A DNA stretch of 64,000 bases from Xylographa opegraphella (lineage: Eukaryota), in assembly GCA_022813865.1 (NCBI GenBank), contig JALDZX010000025.1, positions 62,001 to 126,000 on the forward strand, in the 5' to 3' direction. Below the pieces are notes generated by a model. That model was not told the origin of the DNA and did not search any database. It worked only from the letters and a program-made list of their open reading frames with translations. The number at the start of each line of letters is the position of its first letter. The stretch's first letter is position 1. This document shows, piece after piece, positions 13,059 through 25,634 of this stretch. The position numbers and the translations under genes are program-made.

Positions 13059-15053
13059 TCACTCCTGAATCATCATTATCTCCTGAGGCCCGCTGTTCTG
13101 CGACGACCTCTCTTCTTTGAACAAGGTAATCCTCAATCCATTCAGCACAACACTCTCCACTTCACCATTACGACCTCTTATGAAGCGAAACTCCTCTATG
13201 GAAAACCCTCCATAAGTGAGGAAATCCACATCCGTAAGACAAAAGTCATCCCACACACTGCTCTTCCGGGCTGCATTTGGCTTCAATGTTGCCGTAGCCC
13301 TCCAGATCTCTTCTCGCACAGTTCCGTAGTCATGTTCTAAATTACTCGGAATGAGGCGCGCTTCCCATGCATCCTTGTCATCTGGCATCCCTTTCAGGTG
13401 ACCGTAGACCTTAAGAAAATCCACGTCTCGTGATATCCAGGCTGCAATTCTGATCCCGGGTCCCACGTCGTCAACCGCGAGCACGAGGGAGGAGTTCATT
13501 GATGGAAGACTATCCCTTGCCGAGATCGCTGCATAAGATCCGGCAAATGCCCTCCGAGTCTCTGTCCTAGCGAATTCCTCGAAGGCGGAAACAATTGTGC
13601 CGGTGAGTCTTGCCGTCAACTCTCCTAGGGCTCGATGATCGCCGGCGACAAGTATCGTCATTCCAAGGCCGAATTCAGGCATGAGGACAATGAGAGAGGA
13701 ATAACCCCATAGGCCACCTGCTTTAGTTATAACATCGACTCCTCGGCCATCCTTGGTGAGCTTTGTGGACCGGAGGATCTCCCACGGCATGCCGGTCGCC
13801 GACATGACGCCGGACATACCCCAAGAATGAGGTTTAAGCCAGGCGTTCGTCACTGCTCGCGGAAGTAGAAGTGAGGACAAGATGGATCTTAGATATTTCG
13901 AGAAATCGTTTGCGGTGCAATAGATGCCTCCGGTGCTGAAAGATTAATGTCAGACTGATATTATCATGCTAAAAGAGGATGACCACGAACGGATTGTCGG
14001 CTCCTAAATCTGTCCGCCAGTTGTTGAAGCCGTATGGAATGACACCTTCAGCATCCTTGGGCTTGGAGAAGCTGGTACTGTGCATTCCTAATGGTTCAAG
14101 AATCGATGAAGCAATTATATCGGGAAAAGCCTGCCCAGTAACATTTTCAAGAGCAAGGCCCAAGAGAGAATATGCAACGTTGGAGTACGTAGAGCGGTAG
14201 TTTGGGTAGAAGACCATTGATCGGTTTCTGGCTCTTCCAATGACATCTGGACAACTCTAAGCTCTAGACACGGTATGAATTTGCTTGCATAACAAACTCA
14301 TACCTGAAGCCGTGCATGGCCTGTCACTTTCTGTCTTTTGACAAGGTCCTAAATGCTCGTCATCGGCTCGGATTGGAGGGAACCCATTCTTCACGGGCTC
14401 CTCCGGCATCTCATGCCTGTCTAGTGCTAGATCTGATTGACCAGCTAAGCAGTAGATGTCTCAGTCTTCTGTCCGCATCATGATATAAATTGGCGGACGG
14501 ACGTACTCTCCCTTGCGATACCACTCAACTGACTTGCGAGCGATCGGATTGTGATCTGATCAAAGTCTACAGCCCACTTGTCCTTCATGTGGCCGTCTTT
14601 TAACGCCGGGAGATACTTCGTAATCGCATCCTCCAGGTTGATACGCTTCTCGAGTAGCAGGGCATATACGGTAAAGGTTTTTGTTATACTGGCAGCTCTG
14701 AATGCGGTATCGCCGGTAACCAGGGTAGGTTCTGAGTCCTTGTATTCCCCAAGAATCTTAGCTGTGAAATAAGAGCTCCACAACGTTTCATCGGCTGAAG
14801 TCAATTGAATCGCAAAAGATGTTGTGCTCTCACTCCAATACGTATCTTCTCCATCGAGAGCACCCGAGATAACATCATTGAGCTTCGTAGTAAGTTCTTT
14901 CAAGGAGGGGCTGCTGTTTGTAAGTCGTAGAGGAGGAAAAGCCGGCCCCGGTGTTTGGCAGCTCGCAAAGACTCTAGCTGCAAGACACAGAAGGACAAGC
15001 CGAGCGATCAAAATACTCCCATAGCCATCATGCCGTAAATATAACAAAGGCAT
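13059..15053 (-). CDS. Secreted beta-lactamase/serine-hydrolase family protein (D-peptidase-like)
   Basis: Hydrophobic signal ILIARLVLLCLAARVFA; catalytic SxxK (FRAASITK), YxN (TYSNVAYSLLG), LEPLGM and KxG (TKAGG) motifs; three introns. Confidence 0.85.
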
Positions 15054-15826
15054 TACTTCAGAGAAGCTGCGCCCAGGACAAGATGAGAAAAGTGGCAAAT
15101 ACTGGTTACGTTGAAGGCACTGCAATATACTCCGTACAAAAACGGTGTAGGCCGAGGTGCAAGAAGCTGGAAAGTCAGTTGAAATATACCTAAGGTAACC
15201 ACTTCTACCATCGACACGAGTACTGTCCGAGAAACAGAGTACGAGAAACACTGTGGTAGTCCTGAGCATAGCAAGTGTATTTACCGTCACAATGCAGCCA
15301 AACGACCTTGGACGTTCTTAGCACTTCTATGCTCTTTTGTGTCGAACGACGGATCGCAGCCGCCAAACCTCTGTTCCCTATGCCAATACCACAAGAGCAA
15401 TTTGAACACTTCCGGATGGTGCTGTCACCGGCGTGTTCAATGTGAGCGCAACCGCTGCGCAAGATACATCAACAATATGTAAAGAATTCTTAGAGCCGCT
15501 AGCGCTACATCTAGACTACATTCTGTACACCCTTCAAAAGGAGATTGATTACGTCCGAATGTCACATCTGCGCACAGGGGCAGAGGTGATTGTATATAAT
15601 GTCTTGGAAATCCTTTTGGTATAGATAATTGTCCTACTACGGAGATAGAAATCATGAGTCTACGTGATTCGTGCTGAGCATACGACATTACGCTGCTTAG
15701 AAACAAAGTACTAGGAAGGACGATTGACTGCCATTGAATCCCAAGTCGAGGCTAGCTGCCGCTCCGAAACTTCCTTAAATACGACTCGTTCGTTCTATCT
15801 TTCGGCCTGTGGCGTAACCTCCTAGG

Positions 15827-18800
15827 TTAGGTGTCTCCTTCATCGACCTCCATGTCTTCTGCGTCCACTGGCGCATACTGTCCAAACAGTGAATCCCATT
15901 GATCCCAATCGAAATCCTGTCCAAAATCATCCGTGTTCAACGGAGCATCTTCTGTAACGATGGTGGGGGCCGCAGAGACGGGTGTGGCCTGAGCATCGTA
16001 CCATTGCGGTGTCGGGGCAGCTACCATCGGATTAACATGGCCCAATGTTGCCGGAACCGTAAAGGGCACTGCAGGAGGATTCACGGGGGACCGATACGCA
16101 GCGTTGTACTGGGCAGGCCCAGGTGGGTATCGTGGATTCGGATTGTACACAGGAGAGCGTGCACTAGGATATGGATCCATTGATGGATTGGTACGAATTG
16201 GAGCGACAAATTGTCTGGCACCTGCGGCCCCAAAACCTGGAACATTCGTAGCCGGGAACCCCGAAGCTGAATGAGTTGAGGCGCTAGAACTGCTTGCAGC
16301 CGGCCGAGCGCTCGGGTTCGAATTTCTAGCTTGTAGGTCGCTGCCTCCACCAGTCGGATCAGGGGATCCTGATTGACTGTCGTCGGAGGTCCTTTCATAC
16401 CATAGAATATCGGGATCCAGGCCTGCTTTCTGCCATGCTCTCTCTCTCAAGCGGCGTAGCATCGTCCATGCTTCTTGGCCGCCTTCGCGTAATGGCCGTT
16501 GCACAGGTATACCGCCTTCCTCTGTGGTTATCCCGCCTTCCGGAGCTGCCTGTCTGAAAGTCCTATCAATGTATGAACGAGACAATTCGGCTTCATCACT
16601 ATTGGGCCGTTCGTAGAGATCAACAAGCATGATCATAACGGCATGCATAGGCTGGTGACCGCCAGGCCATGCCCATTGGAAAGGTTGGAAAACAGGATTG
16701 GTGGCGAGCTCCAGAAAGTTTTTCATGTAATTATGACAGTACTTGAGGGCCGTCTGCCGCAGATGGTCCCATGCCTTGCTTTTCGAGTTCTTGACAAATG
16801 GCTGGTACAGTAGGCAGTATGCTTTATCGATCAACAACGTCAGCATGATCCTCGCCCACTTATGATAGACCATCAGAGTTTTCCGGTGGTATTCCAGTCT
16901 TTCCGGATTGAGACCTTCTTCGGGAAAGATGCCTTTCCATGGCCGCAACAAGCTCTCCGAAATCGGCGCTGCCTCTGTTGATTCAAAGGCAGAAAATATA
17001 TTTTCGGAAGGCAAATTAGGGTTCATAATCCTCTTCATACGTCGGCGAAAGTCCTCTTCGACGGGGCGAAGTATATCTCGCATAGCTTTGAATTCCTTTG
17101 GTCCTATCGGATTGACGCCTAGCTGGATCTGTATCAACTTGCGGGAGCATTCTACTCTTCTTAGTATGTCTAAAGATAAGTCCAAATATTGAACAACGTA
17201 CCCGTCATCAGATGTTTCCCTTGCGTAGCGATGTAGACTACTGAGACATGCGAGGAGAAACTATCGCTGAAAGGGCTATCTGCTTTGTCGGGCTGCTGCT
17301 CGCCCGCATCTACGGCTTCTAGGTATCTCTTGCCATCATCATTTCCAACGAGAGTGTCTTTGAGCTCTGAAATTAGACAGACATCCCAGTAGCTTTCCGC
17401 CATGACAAGCGGAGGCCAACCGGTAGCATTGGATATTAGACTGTCCATCCACACCAAGTGCCACCAAACACGTCGACGGGCTTCTGCATAAGAAGCAGTA
17501 ACATCATATTTTGATGGTTCTCGATGCAATCCCATCATTTCCGCAATCCGTAACGCCATACTGAAAGAAAGACTACCGATTAAGGGCTCTTCTTCACGAC
17601 ATGAAATTGTATGTACGATCAGAAAAGCCATCAGACCTGGCAGAGTTGGACATCTTAAGAACGATAGAACGGATAAACTTCGAATTGCCATAGTACTCAG
17701 CCTCTCCGTAACTGAAGATCTAGACTCCCCATAAAACTCTGCGTCGAGGATGTGTCTGGAGACACTTACAGCTCCAGCGTAGAGAACAGCGTAAAGAAGT
17801 GAGACGAATGCAGGATATCGGTATTTCGCCCTAGTAAGGTGGCGAGTCTCAAACCAGGACCAAAAATCCTCATACCATTGAAGCAATGTGGGCAAATGAG
17901 CTAAAGGGAAAATTGCGTGAACCCCCGAGACGTAACATCTGTACAATACATGACTCTGCTTCCGGGTGGGCAGCCCGTCGAACAAGTCTTCAGTCAGGAC
18001 AGCAAAGCGTGACGGCGAGGGACTTCGGGAGGCAGGAATCCGTAAGCTGTCATCCGTATTGCTGCGTGGGCGCAAGCGGCCAGCATTGTCTTCGAATCCA
18101 CTATCAATCAGTAAGGAGCTAATTGGCATCATCGTATCTTTCCCCAAGGTTTTTGACGCTTTGAAATCTGCAGTGGTTGGACTTGACAAATCTGGCGCAT
18201 TATAACGAATTTGATCGCGTAATAGTTGGTTAAGCTCAGCAATTTCACCAGCAACATACGCCCAGTGAGTATTCCCAACATATCTACTACGACCATCCTC
18301 CTGCAAACTTAAATGACCCAGGGTGAGTTCGCCCTCGCCGTCGGTGGTTTCATACGAAGCGTCAGGCGGTTCAGGAATGTTGTCGTCTCCCTCTTCGCCG
18401 TGACCAGAGCTGGAAGCATCTGACGAGGGACTCGGCGCCGTACTTTGCTTGGATGCTTCGCGAGATATGGTTGATTTCGCTTTCGCGGGCAGAACTCGAC
18501 GCGAAGGTTCCCCTGATACAATTTGGGGATGCTTTTCCGCCGAGACACCAAAATTTGTAGAATCTTTACGTGTCAGCTGCTCCACTAAGGCTGTAAGACG
18601 ATCCAGTCTTTGGCTGATATCAGGAGGTACTGCTGATTCTGGCGGATGAGTCTTCGTTGGCGGCTCATTCTCAGATGAGGATGACCCTTCGTCTTCCACC
18701 TGTTGAGGTACCTCACTGGAAGTAGCTGTGCGTCTGCGCTTTGGCGCAGTCCTCGAGCTTGACTCTGCCACTGAACTGGCGACAGAGTCGTAGCTACATT

Positions 18801-19046
18801 TGTCTTTGCTTTTGCGACAATTCCCGCAGGTGGGATGGACCTATGTCGGCATCAATTGCCGTTTCGCAACATGAATTTTGTGGCTCACTTTATCACATTT
18901 GATCTTGCGCCTACGATGCCATTAGTCACGCTTACAATAATACTGCAGGGGAAATGGCGGGCAGACCTCCGACATGCGTGGCAGCTATAGCTCACTCTGT
19001 TTCGTGTGATCTGTTTCCCAGGAGTCGACCCTGTAGAGCTCTCCAT
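15827..19046 (-). CDS. Zn(II)2Cys6 transcription factor with fungal-specific TF middle domain
   Basis: Spliced N-terminus SCHACRRRKIKCDKVHPTCGNCRKSKDKCSY (introns 18911-18966 and 18841-18888); GRSRYVG, MGLHREP, EARRRVWWHLVWMD; acidic/aromatic C-terminus FDWDQWDSLFG. Confidence 0.9.
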
Positions 19047-19920
19047 ACTAGTTGATGTAATTCATCGGCGTGGCTTGGAATCCTCCGTTCCGTGAAGGCT
19101 GCAAACGGCATTGCATCAATTTGGACTGTCAGCATGGATTGTGGGCCAAGACCAGCCTGTTGCAGCTACTCTCAGACCCAACGACGTCTGGAGGGCGGGC
19201 AAGGAGGGATCCGTTGGAGGAAGGCCTGCTGCAGTTTTGCTTACTGGACCGAGAAAGACAACACCAAAGAGCAACTAGTGGCCGAGGGCCGAGGGCAGAA
19301 AGTCGTGGGGAAAAGTGACCGTCTTTAGCGAGAAGACCAGCTGTTGCTCCGTCGCCCGCTCCTGGAATGGTCGGATGTGACTACCTACATACCGTACGCT
19401 CGAGTCTTTTCATCCCCATTGCATGCCATACTGAGCACCGATTATGTCAAAGGATTCGGGACCTAGGGTGAGCGGCATAACCCCGACGACAAGCTGACCC
19501 AACACACGGCGTTGATGTTGGAAACTGCGAATTATAAGGCAATCCTGAGCCGTCGAGTGGACTGGGGGATGCCATGGCGTCGGTGTCAGCTTCCACTCGT
19601 CCAACATCATCTTTCGGGATTCCATGATTGCCATTGATAGTATGTACTTCACAAGGAGGTGAATGGACTGGTTTCAACGCCCACTTGGCCCTCACATGGC
19701 GCAACGCCCTGTATCCAAGTGTGGGTGTACGGTCTCAGCACACATCAGCAGCAAAAGTTGCTCCGCTGGCTCTGTTTAGATGCTATATATACGAGGTTCT
19801 CTCCACACTGCCAGCACGTCATCAATTCCAACGTACAATCTCCAATCTCTTTCAATACCCCATAAAACAATCGTCCACTAGCCTCCGGTAGGCCTGTTCC
19901 CGCTTCACATCTACCAGACA

Positions 19921-20613
19921 ATGTATATCTCTGCTTCAATCGCTGCGGCAATTCTCCTTACCCCTGTCCTCGGCTCTCTTTATCCTCGCGATACCTACGA
20001 ATCAATCTATGCTCGTAACCTCGACGCCCGGGATGCCTACTACGACGCGATCTATGCCCGTGAGGCTGGCAAAAGCGCGGGTCACCACTCTTCTGGAGCT
20101 CACCCGGCTGGCAAACATGGTAGCGTAGGCGATACCATGTCCAGCACCTTTAGTCATGCCGGCCAGGTTACCGATGGTATAAACGCTGCGTCAAACATTC
20201 TTGGATCCGGACAGAGCCTGCTGCAACAGGTTCAAGGCTTCAAATCATCATTCGGAAACGGCGCAGACTCAAACGGTGCAGACTCAAACGGCGCAGACTC
20301 AAACAGTGCAGACTCAAACGGTGCGGCAGCAGATATGGAACAACGACGCAGTATCTATGCAGACCCTCGGATTAACGAGCGCGGGTTCGATGATGATCTG
20401 TATGAAAGGGACTTGGAAGATTTGGACGAGAGAGACCTCGACGACTTGTACGAACGGGACTTCGAGGCTTTGGACGATAGAGACGTAGACTATCTGTATG
20501 AAAGAGACCTGGAGCGATTGGACGAGAGAGACCTCGACGATCTGTATGAGAGGGATATTCATGACCTCTATGAACGAGGATTCGAGGCCGATCTCGAAGA
20601 TTTGTACGAGTAA
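19921..20613 (+). CDS. Secreted repeat-containing precursor (KEX2-processed repeat protein-like)
   Basis: Intronless 230-aa ORF with signal peptide MYISASIAAAILLTPVLG and acidic repeats ending in AR/ER/DR; upstream TATA-like TATATATA near 19784. Confidence 0.85.
   Translation: MYISASIAAAILLTPVLGSLYPRDTYESIYARNLDARDAYYDAIYAREAGKSAGHHSSGAHPAGKHGSVGDTMSSTFSHAGQVTDGINAASNILGSGQSLLQQVQGFKSSFGNGADSNGADSNGADSNSADSNGAAADMEQRRSIYADPRINERGFDDDLYERDLEDLDERDLDDLYERDFEALDDRDVDYLYERDLERLDERDLDDLYERDIHDLYERGFEADLEDLYE
20257..20324 (+). repeat. 15-bp coding tandem repeat (AACGGYGCAGACTCA)x4.5 encoding NGADS
   Basis: Direct reading of four near-identical 15-mers plus a partial fifth. Confidence 0.95.
20383..20610 (+). 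repeat. ~24-bp coding tandem repeat encoding DLxDL(Y/D)ER, about 9 units
   Basis: GFDDDLYER DLEDLDER DLDDLYER DFEALDDR DVDYLYER DLERLDER DLDDLYER DIHDLYER GFEADLEDLYE. Confidence 0.95.
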
Positions 20614-21522
20614 GCGATGAATCCATTTATGTTCAATACGTACGCATTTCGATCTCTACACACACTCCGATTTTGCCTTTCTTGGCTGTATGAGGGCAGG
20701 TGCTGTACTTCTAGGGACGGCGTTACCTGGGTGGGCTGGATATTTAACATCATTTTAAGCCAGCGATATCTCGCAGATTTAAATTTACAGGAAGTCGTTG
20801 TGGCTGCTTTGGTGACGTCCACTGCATCGAGCCAAATATACCCATCAATAATTTTGCATCCGCTAGCACACTATCATATGAGTGATCACATATAACACCC
20901 CGGTTGAGCGGTTTGAAACAGGAGTCGCCCAAGGCTTGCCAATCTGGAATGTATTCCCCTCACTACGTAGTGTACCAAACTCTCTTATCATACCGATTGT
21001 GTACCTTAACGTACAGACTCGTCTGTGTGCCTAAGACTTGAGGCCACCATTCATCTCTACGGGTCCGCCGATTCGCATGCTGATCCGAAGGCGCCCGCAA
21101 GCCGAAGAGGAGTAATTTTGCAAGATATCAATCAAGCGGATTGGGAAGCCGGGTCTGTACACTATCCAGGGGCTGGGATGGCTCCGTTAGGTCTAAGATA
21201 ACGGGCATCCGATTAGGTATGATGATATCGTGGCTGCTGTTCTGATAATGTCACGGGACGCTGCCTGAGACTTCCGATGGACGCGAGGGATGTCACGATA
21301 CGCTATGCGTATCTATCACATAGGCCTTCTTGGATACCGTACACACCAGTGTGACCGTGCTTGGTCCTACCGTACCGGTTCAAGGGTTGGCAGCTTCTCA
21401 GGAAAGATGGCTCCGTTTTACCAGCTTCATTCCCGGTACTTGATCCTTAGCGCAGCTTGCTATTGGGGTCTTCCGTGTCAAGTCATGACTTGGTCAAAGC
21501 GTCTAATTGTTGTGCTGACCGT

Positions 21523-22905
21523 TTATTCTTCCACATATTCGACAGGTGCCTCGAGCCCGCATTTTGTCCTCGGAAATCGTAGCAGAACTTGAATTACGGG
21601 TTCGTCGGCGTGGTAATTCTCCAAGTATAGGCATGTTGCCTGGCATTCCATTTCTGCACGTCGTCGAATCCACCAGGTTAAGGGGATACCCATTGCATAC
21701 CAATATGCCATTAATAAAAGTGCTCGAGAATCTTTTTGCCCTACCAGCCTTTTGAAGTCTGGCTTCATGTGGCCGATGAATGAGAGATATCGGGCATTGG
21801 TCAATCGATCGCTTTCAATACAAAGCAAGGTAGCTATAATATACACCGCTGAATAGTACGGGCTGTTCTCAGCGGTTGAAAGGGTGTCAAGTCCGCAAAG
21901 CTGGAGAAACAAGAGCGGTATTCCTTCAATCCCGGAACTGATCGCTGCTGGAGCTAGGTATTCTTTATAATACTCGTTACTTAGAGTGTGAAAAATGCCG
22001 TCTGGCCTTAAAGGATTAGTAAGAACCCAGACTGCTTCCTTGCAACTGCTGATTTGGAGCCATTCTAAATCCGACGGTTTCGGGGCAGCCAAGGGCCATG
22101 CTTCCTCTGGTTTGGTCGCTTCGATCTGGGCAAATGTAGTACTGCCAAGGAGAATGGCAGTAATCCATAGAGCATCACGCTCGGATGGTTCTACTGGTGC
22201 GGATAACTTTCGATTGAACAGAGCTGCAGCTTGAGACAAATGGTATAGTTCTGTGGTCGTCACCGGCGCATGGCGCGACCCATACAAGAAACGGTCATGG
22301 ATCGCTGTTGCGGCTTGAATAGCGTGCATAAGGAAAGGTTGCTACGCCCAGAAGGCAGAGAATTAACAAAGATACACGAACAATTGTCGAATACGCTTAC
22401 AGCGCAAGCTAGACCAACGACCGTTTTCTGTAATATCTTCGCAGCACTCGGAGTCCCTATAAGAAAAACCGTTCTATTCTGAAACCGGGCCAGTCGATCC
22501 AAACTCTGCTTATCGAGATGAAATGTCAAATTACTATCCGATGTGATGGCTGGAGACAGACGAGCAGGCACTTCAATTGCCCGGACAAGATGCTGATCGA
22601 CAGGGGGTTGCATTTCCTTCGAAGCCTCGAACACAGACCCGCCCCGAAAGAGCATCTGGAGATCCGGAATACTTCGGTCATAATTACAGGAGTATCCAAA
22701 ACTCGTGCACTTCTTACACTCTGGCCTGGACTCATCGCACTGCAGGGCCTTGTCAGCATTCCGGGTATGATGTAAATACCCACCTCACACCGTGGCTTAC
22801 CTTGACACTGCGAAGTTTACAGTTGAAACAGCCTTGCCTTGACTTCTTGTGGGCTTTACGTTTGCGAATAGCCCCCTTTCCAGTGCTTTGGGAGTTGCTG
22901 GCCAT
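21523..22905 (-). CDS. Zn(II)2Cys6 transcription factor, Upc2/Ecm22-like
   Basis: RKRKAHKKSRQGCFNCKLRSVK|CDESRPECKKCTSFGYSCNY across an intron; QPFLMHAI, ERDALWITAILLG, DSRALLLMAYWY, WWIRRRA. An in-frame stop lies upstream of the ATG at 22905. Confidence 0.9.
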
Positions 22906-23677
22906 GTCTTGCTGGTCTCAGACACATTCCTCCCCCGGAAAGCCTTCTCAGCGCAATAATGGCATTCGACAATCAGACTTTGGTAGCAGTGAGGACATGT
23001 CATACCCTGGGAACTTCGGAAACGAACTGCTGATAGGCACTTTCAGTCGGAAGCTCGGCGATGATACCGATTGGTCGGAACAACCGCGACTTCATCAGCT
23101 GCATTGCCTGTAGCTTTCTACAATACACGGTATATTGACATTGGGACTGCATAATGGTCAGTGAAAGGGAGTCACTGCCGTATACCGTTTTCCCTAAGAA
23201 ACCAGGAGGCTTTCCACGGGGAGTCCCAGCTCTGAATTAGGGGGGCGACGCGCCCTTTCGTACTCCAACCGTTCGCGCACTGATTTGACGCCATGAAAAC
23301 GCGACAGCGATTAGTATGGCCACACCCACATGTCGCCGTGCGCAGCGGATGAAGTAGTAGTGTTAGAATCGTGTTAGAGAGATCACTCCCAAATATGATG
23401 GCAGGATGCGTGCAGTACATGTCGTCTGTTCCCTGTCATGCTTTAAAAAGAGCGCAGGAGACCTCCAGACTAAGATACAATTTTGGTACTTACTTCCACT
23501 CGCTGGTGATATCTCAGGGTGTTAGAATATCCTACCTTCACAATTTGCAGATGCTTGTGACAGCCCTACAAGGTGTGGAAAGTCGCAAATGGAAACAGCA
23601 CCCATGTACAGAAATACCATGTCCAATATCAATTCTGCCAGTGTCGTGCAGATTTAGACCCATCTCCGTCATACACG

Positions 23678-24568
23678 ATGGCGCTTCAACTGGCCCCTGC
23701 GGCCAAAGTAGATCGCCAGACAACCACTCCCTTCCATCTGAAGCTCTTTTATCGAATTGGCGGGTTCCATCGGTATGTCGTGTGCTATAGTTTTCCCCAG
23801 CCGCCTCGGATACATAGCCATGGACCGTCTGCTGACATTGGTAGACTCGAAGAATTCCCTACCTCCCCGGCATCGCCCCTACCGTCACATCTCCAAATAT
23901 ACACTTGGCCGACTTGCACACTCCGGGAGCTTTCCCACCTCCTTACCTCCGCGCTCCCCACCCTGCTCCCCGATCCGAGCATCGGCACCAGGCTAAGCTA
24001 TCGCCTCATATTCCCTGACACAAGAGAAATATCACGTCAAGGCCCCGGGCGGTATCTGTCGAAAGAGCTAGGCAGCGTCGTGGTTGGCGGCGACGGACCA
24101 GGAATACTGCCAGAAGAAGTGGATGACGCTGGTGACGAGAAAGTGATGGACGGTAATGCAACAGGCGCGGGGGCTGTGGTAAAGGATGGGCTTATGGCGG
24201 GCAAGCTGGAAGGAGATCCGGAGAAGACACTGCAGGAGGCGCGATTCGTGATTGGGGACTATGTCGACTGCGCCATTCTGGCGCCGTTAGCAGATGGGTC
24301 GGTGAATCCAGGTGTCGGGCCGGCTGTTGGGGTGGCAGGGCGCGGCAATGGGTACGGAGGAGGGAGGGGAAGTATGATGGGCGGACCCAGGGAGAACGGG
24401 TTCGGAGGGTATAGGGGTGGAGGGAGGGGAGTCCCGAGAGGAGGAGGCTTTGGCGCTGGAAGACCAGGCGACGGAGGTGTACCAATTGGAGAGTGGCGGA
24501 GAGGAGAAAGGGTGCCGGAAGGCTCAGGCAGAGGTTTCGGACGAGGTAGGGGAAGAGGAGGCTATTGA
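23678..24568 (+). CDS. SAP18: Sin3-associated polypeptide 18 (ASAP complex subunit) with RGG-rich tail
   Basis: KVDRQTTTPFHLKLFYRIGGFHRLEEF, LQIYTWPTCTLREL, KTLQEARFVIGDYVDCAI; intron 23773-23844. Confidence 0.92.
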   Translation: MALQLAPAAKVDRQTTTPFHLKLFYRIGGFHRYVVCYSFPQPPRIHSHGPSADIGRLEEFPTSPASPLPSHLQIYTWPTCTLRELSHLLTSALPTLLPDPSIGTRLSYRLIFPDTREISRQGPGRYLSKELGSVVVGGDGPGILPEEVDDAGDEKVMDGNATGAGAVVKDGLMAGKLEGDPEKTLQEARFVIGDYVDCAILAPLADGSVNPGVGPAVGVAGRGNGYGGGRGSMMGGPRENGFGGYRGGGRGVPRGGGFGAGRPGDGGVPIGEWRRGERVPEGSGRGFGRGRGRGGY

Positions 24569-25634
24569 CGAGCACGATATGCCAGACATGAAACCAAGGG
24601 TTCGCCCAGCCAACGTGAGTGGCTTGCGCTTGCTGTCAAAGACAGGCAAGTACCGTAGATATCCAGGAACCGCAGAGTTGTGTAATGCACAGCTAGCCCT
24701 CCATTATTGTAGTGGAACACCTTTCAATTTCAGTGATTTTTGCTCTATTTCCCAGCTATGTACAGTACGTTTCAATCTTGGCCAGAACCACGGCCTCTAA
24801 CGCCACCGTATCTCAATCGTTAGACCGTTCAACCTACCACTCGACAATGGTATCTCCCCTTCTCTTGCCTCGTAGGTCGTATTTCCCCTGCCGCTGCCAG
24901 TCAGCTCTCTGCTATCTGTACCGGCCCGGCCTGCATCCATTCAAGAGCAAGAGGGAGACCTACATCGGTAGTGTACCCAATATATCCAAATATCCCAGGT
25001 ACAACGACCACGTATGCAAAGGTCAACCAGGCCGTCCTCGGTGTCCAACGGAAGTACTTGTGACGATTCACAAACATATCTGAGGACGTTAGTTGTTGTA
25101 TAGCCGGAATGTCCGTGGCGGAGACGCATGAAGGCGGTGTTAGGATAGAAGTCTCTCACTTGCGTATTTCGTCAACGCCGGGTCCATCGCGAGGGCTTAT
25201 ACCAAGTCAGCCAATGCCTGTCAATTGGGAGGAATATGGAAACTACATGGACGATTATGGCCGGCCATCGTCGTGATTGAAGTAGAAAGGCTCTGAGAGA
25301 GTTCCGAGAATGTACTTCAATTGCCTAGTCGACGCGAGGCAAGATCCCGTGGAGGTTCAGGATACCGCAAAGACAAATGTCGCACTCTGTACGAGGTTGC
25401 CAGCTCCCGTTGATTGGTTGGTCGGTGCAGAGCTGTGCCAAGGTGCGGTAGGATACGAAGTAATCGAGTTTGGAGCTAAAAGTATGCGGACCGGATGGGT
25501 CACCGGATGCTTAATAATGTGAAGCCGAGGCAATCGACTGTATATAACAGTGCGGGCCCGCAACTTTCCGGGGTCGTTCTTTATAGACTGCCAGAGATAC
25601 ATCATTGTACTGGTGGTCTATCTACAAGCACGCA

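Noticed and set aside
20383..20610. Regularly spaced repeats as a CRISPR-like array
   Set aside because: Eukaryotic coding tandem repeats with no unique spacers and no cas genes.
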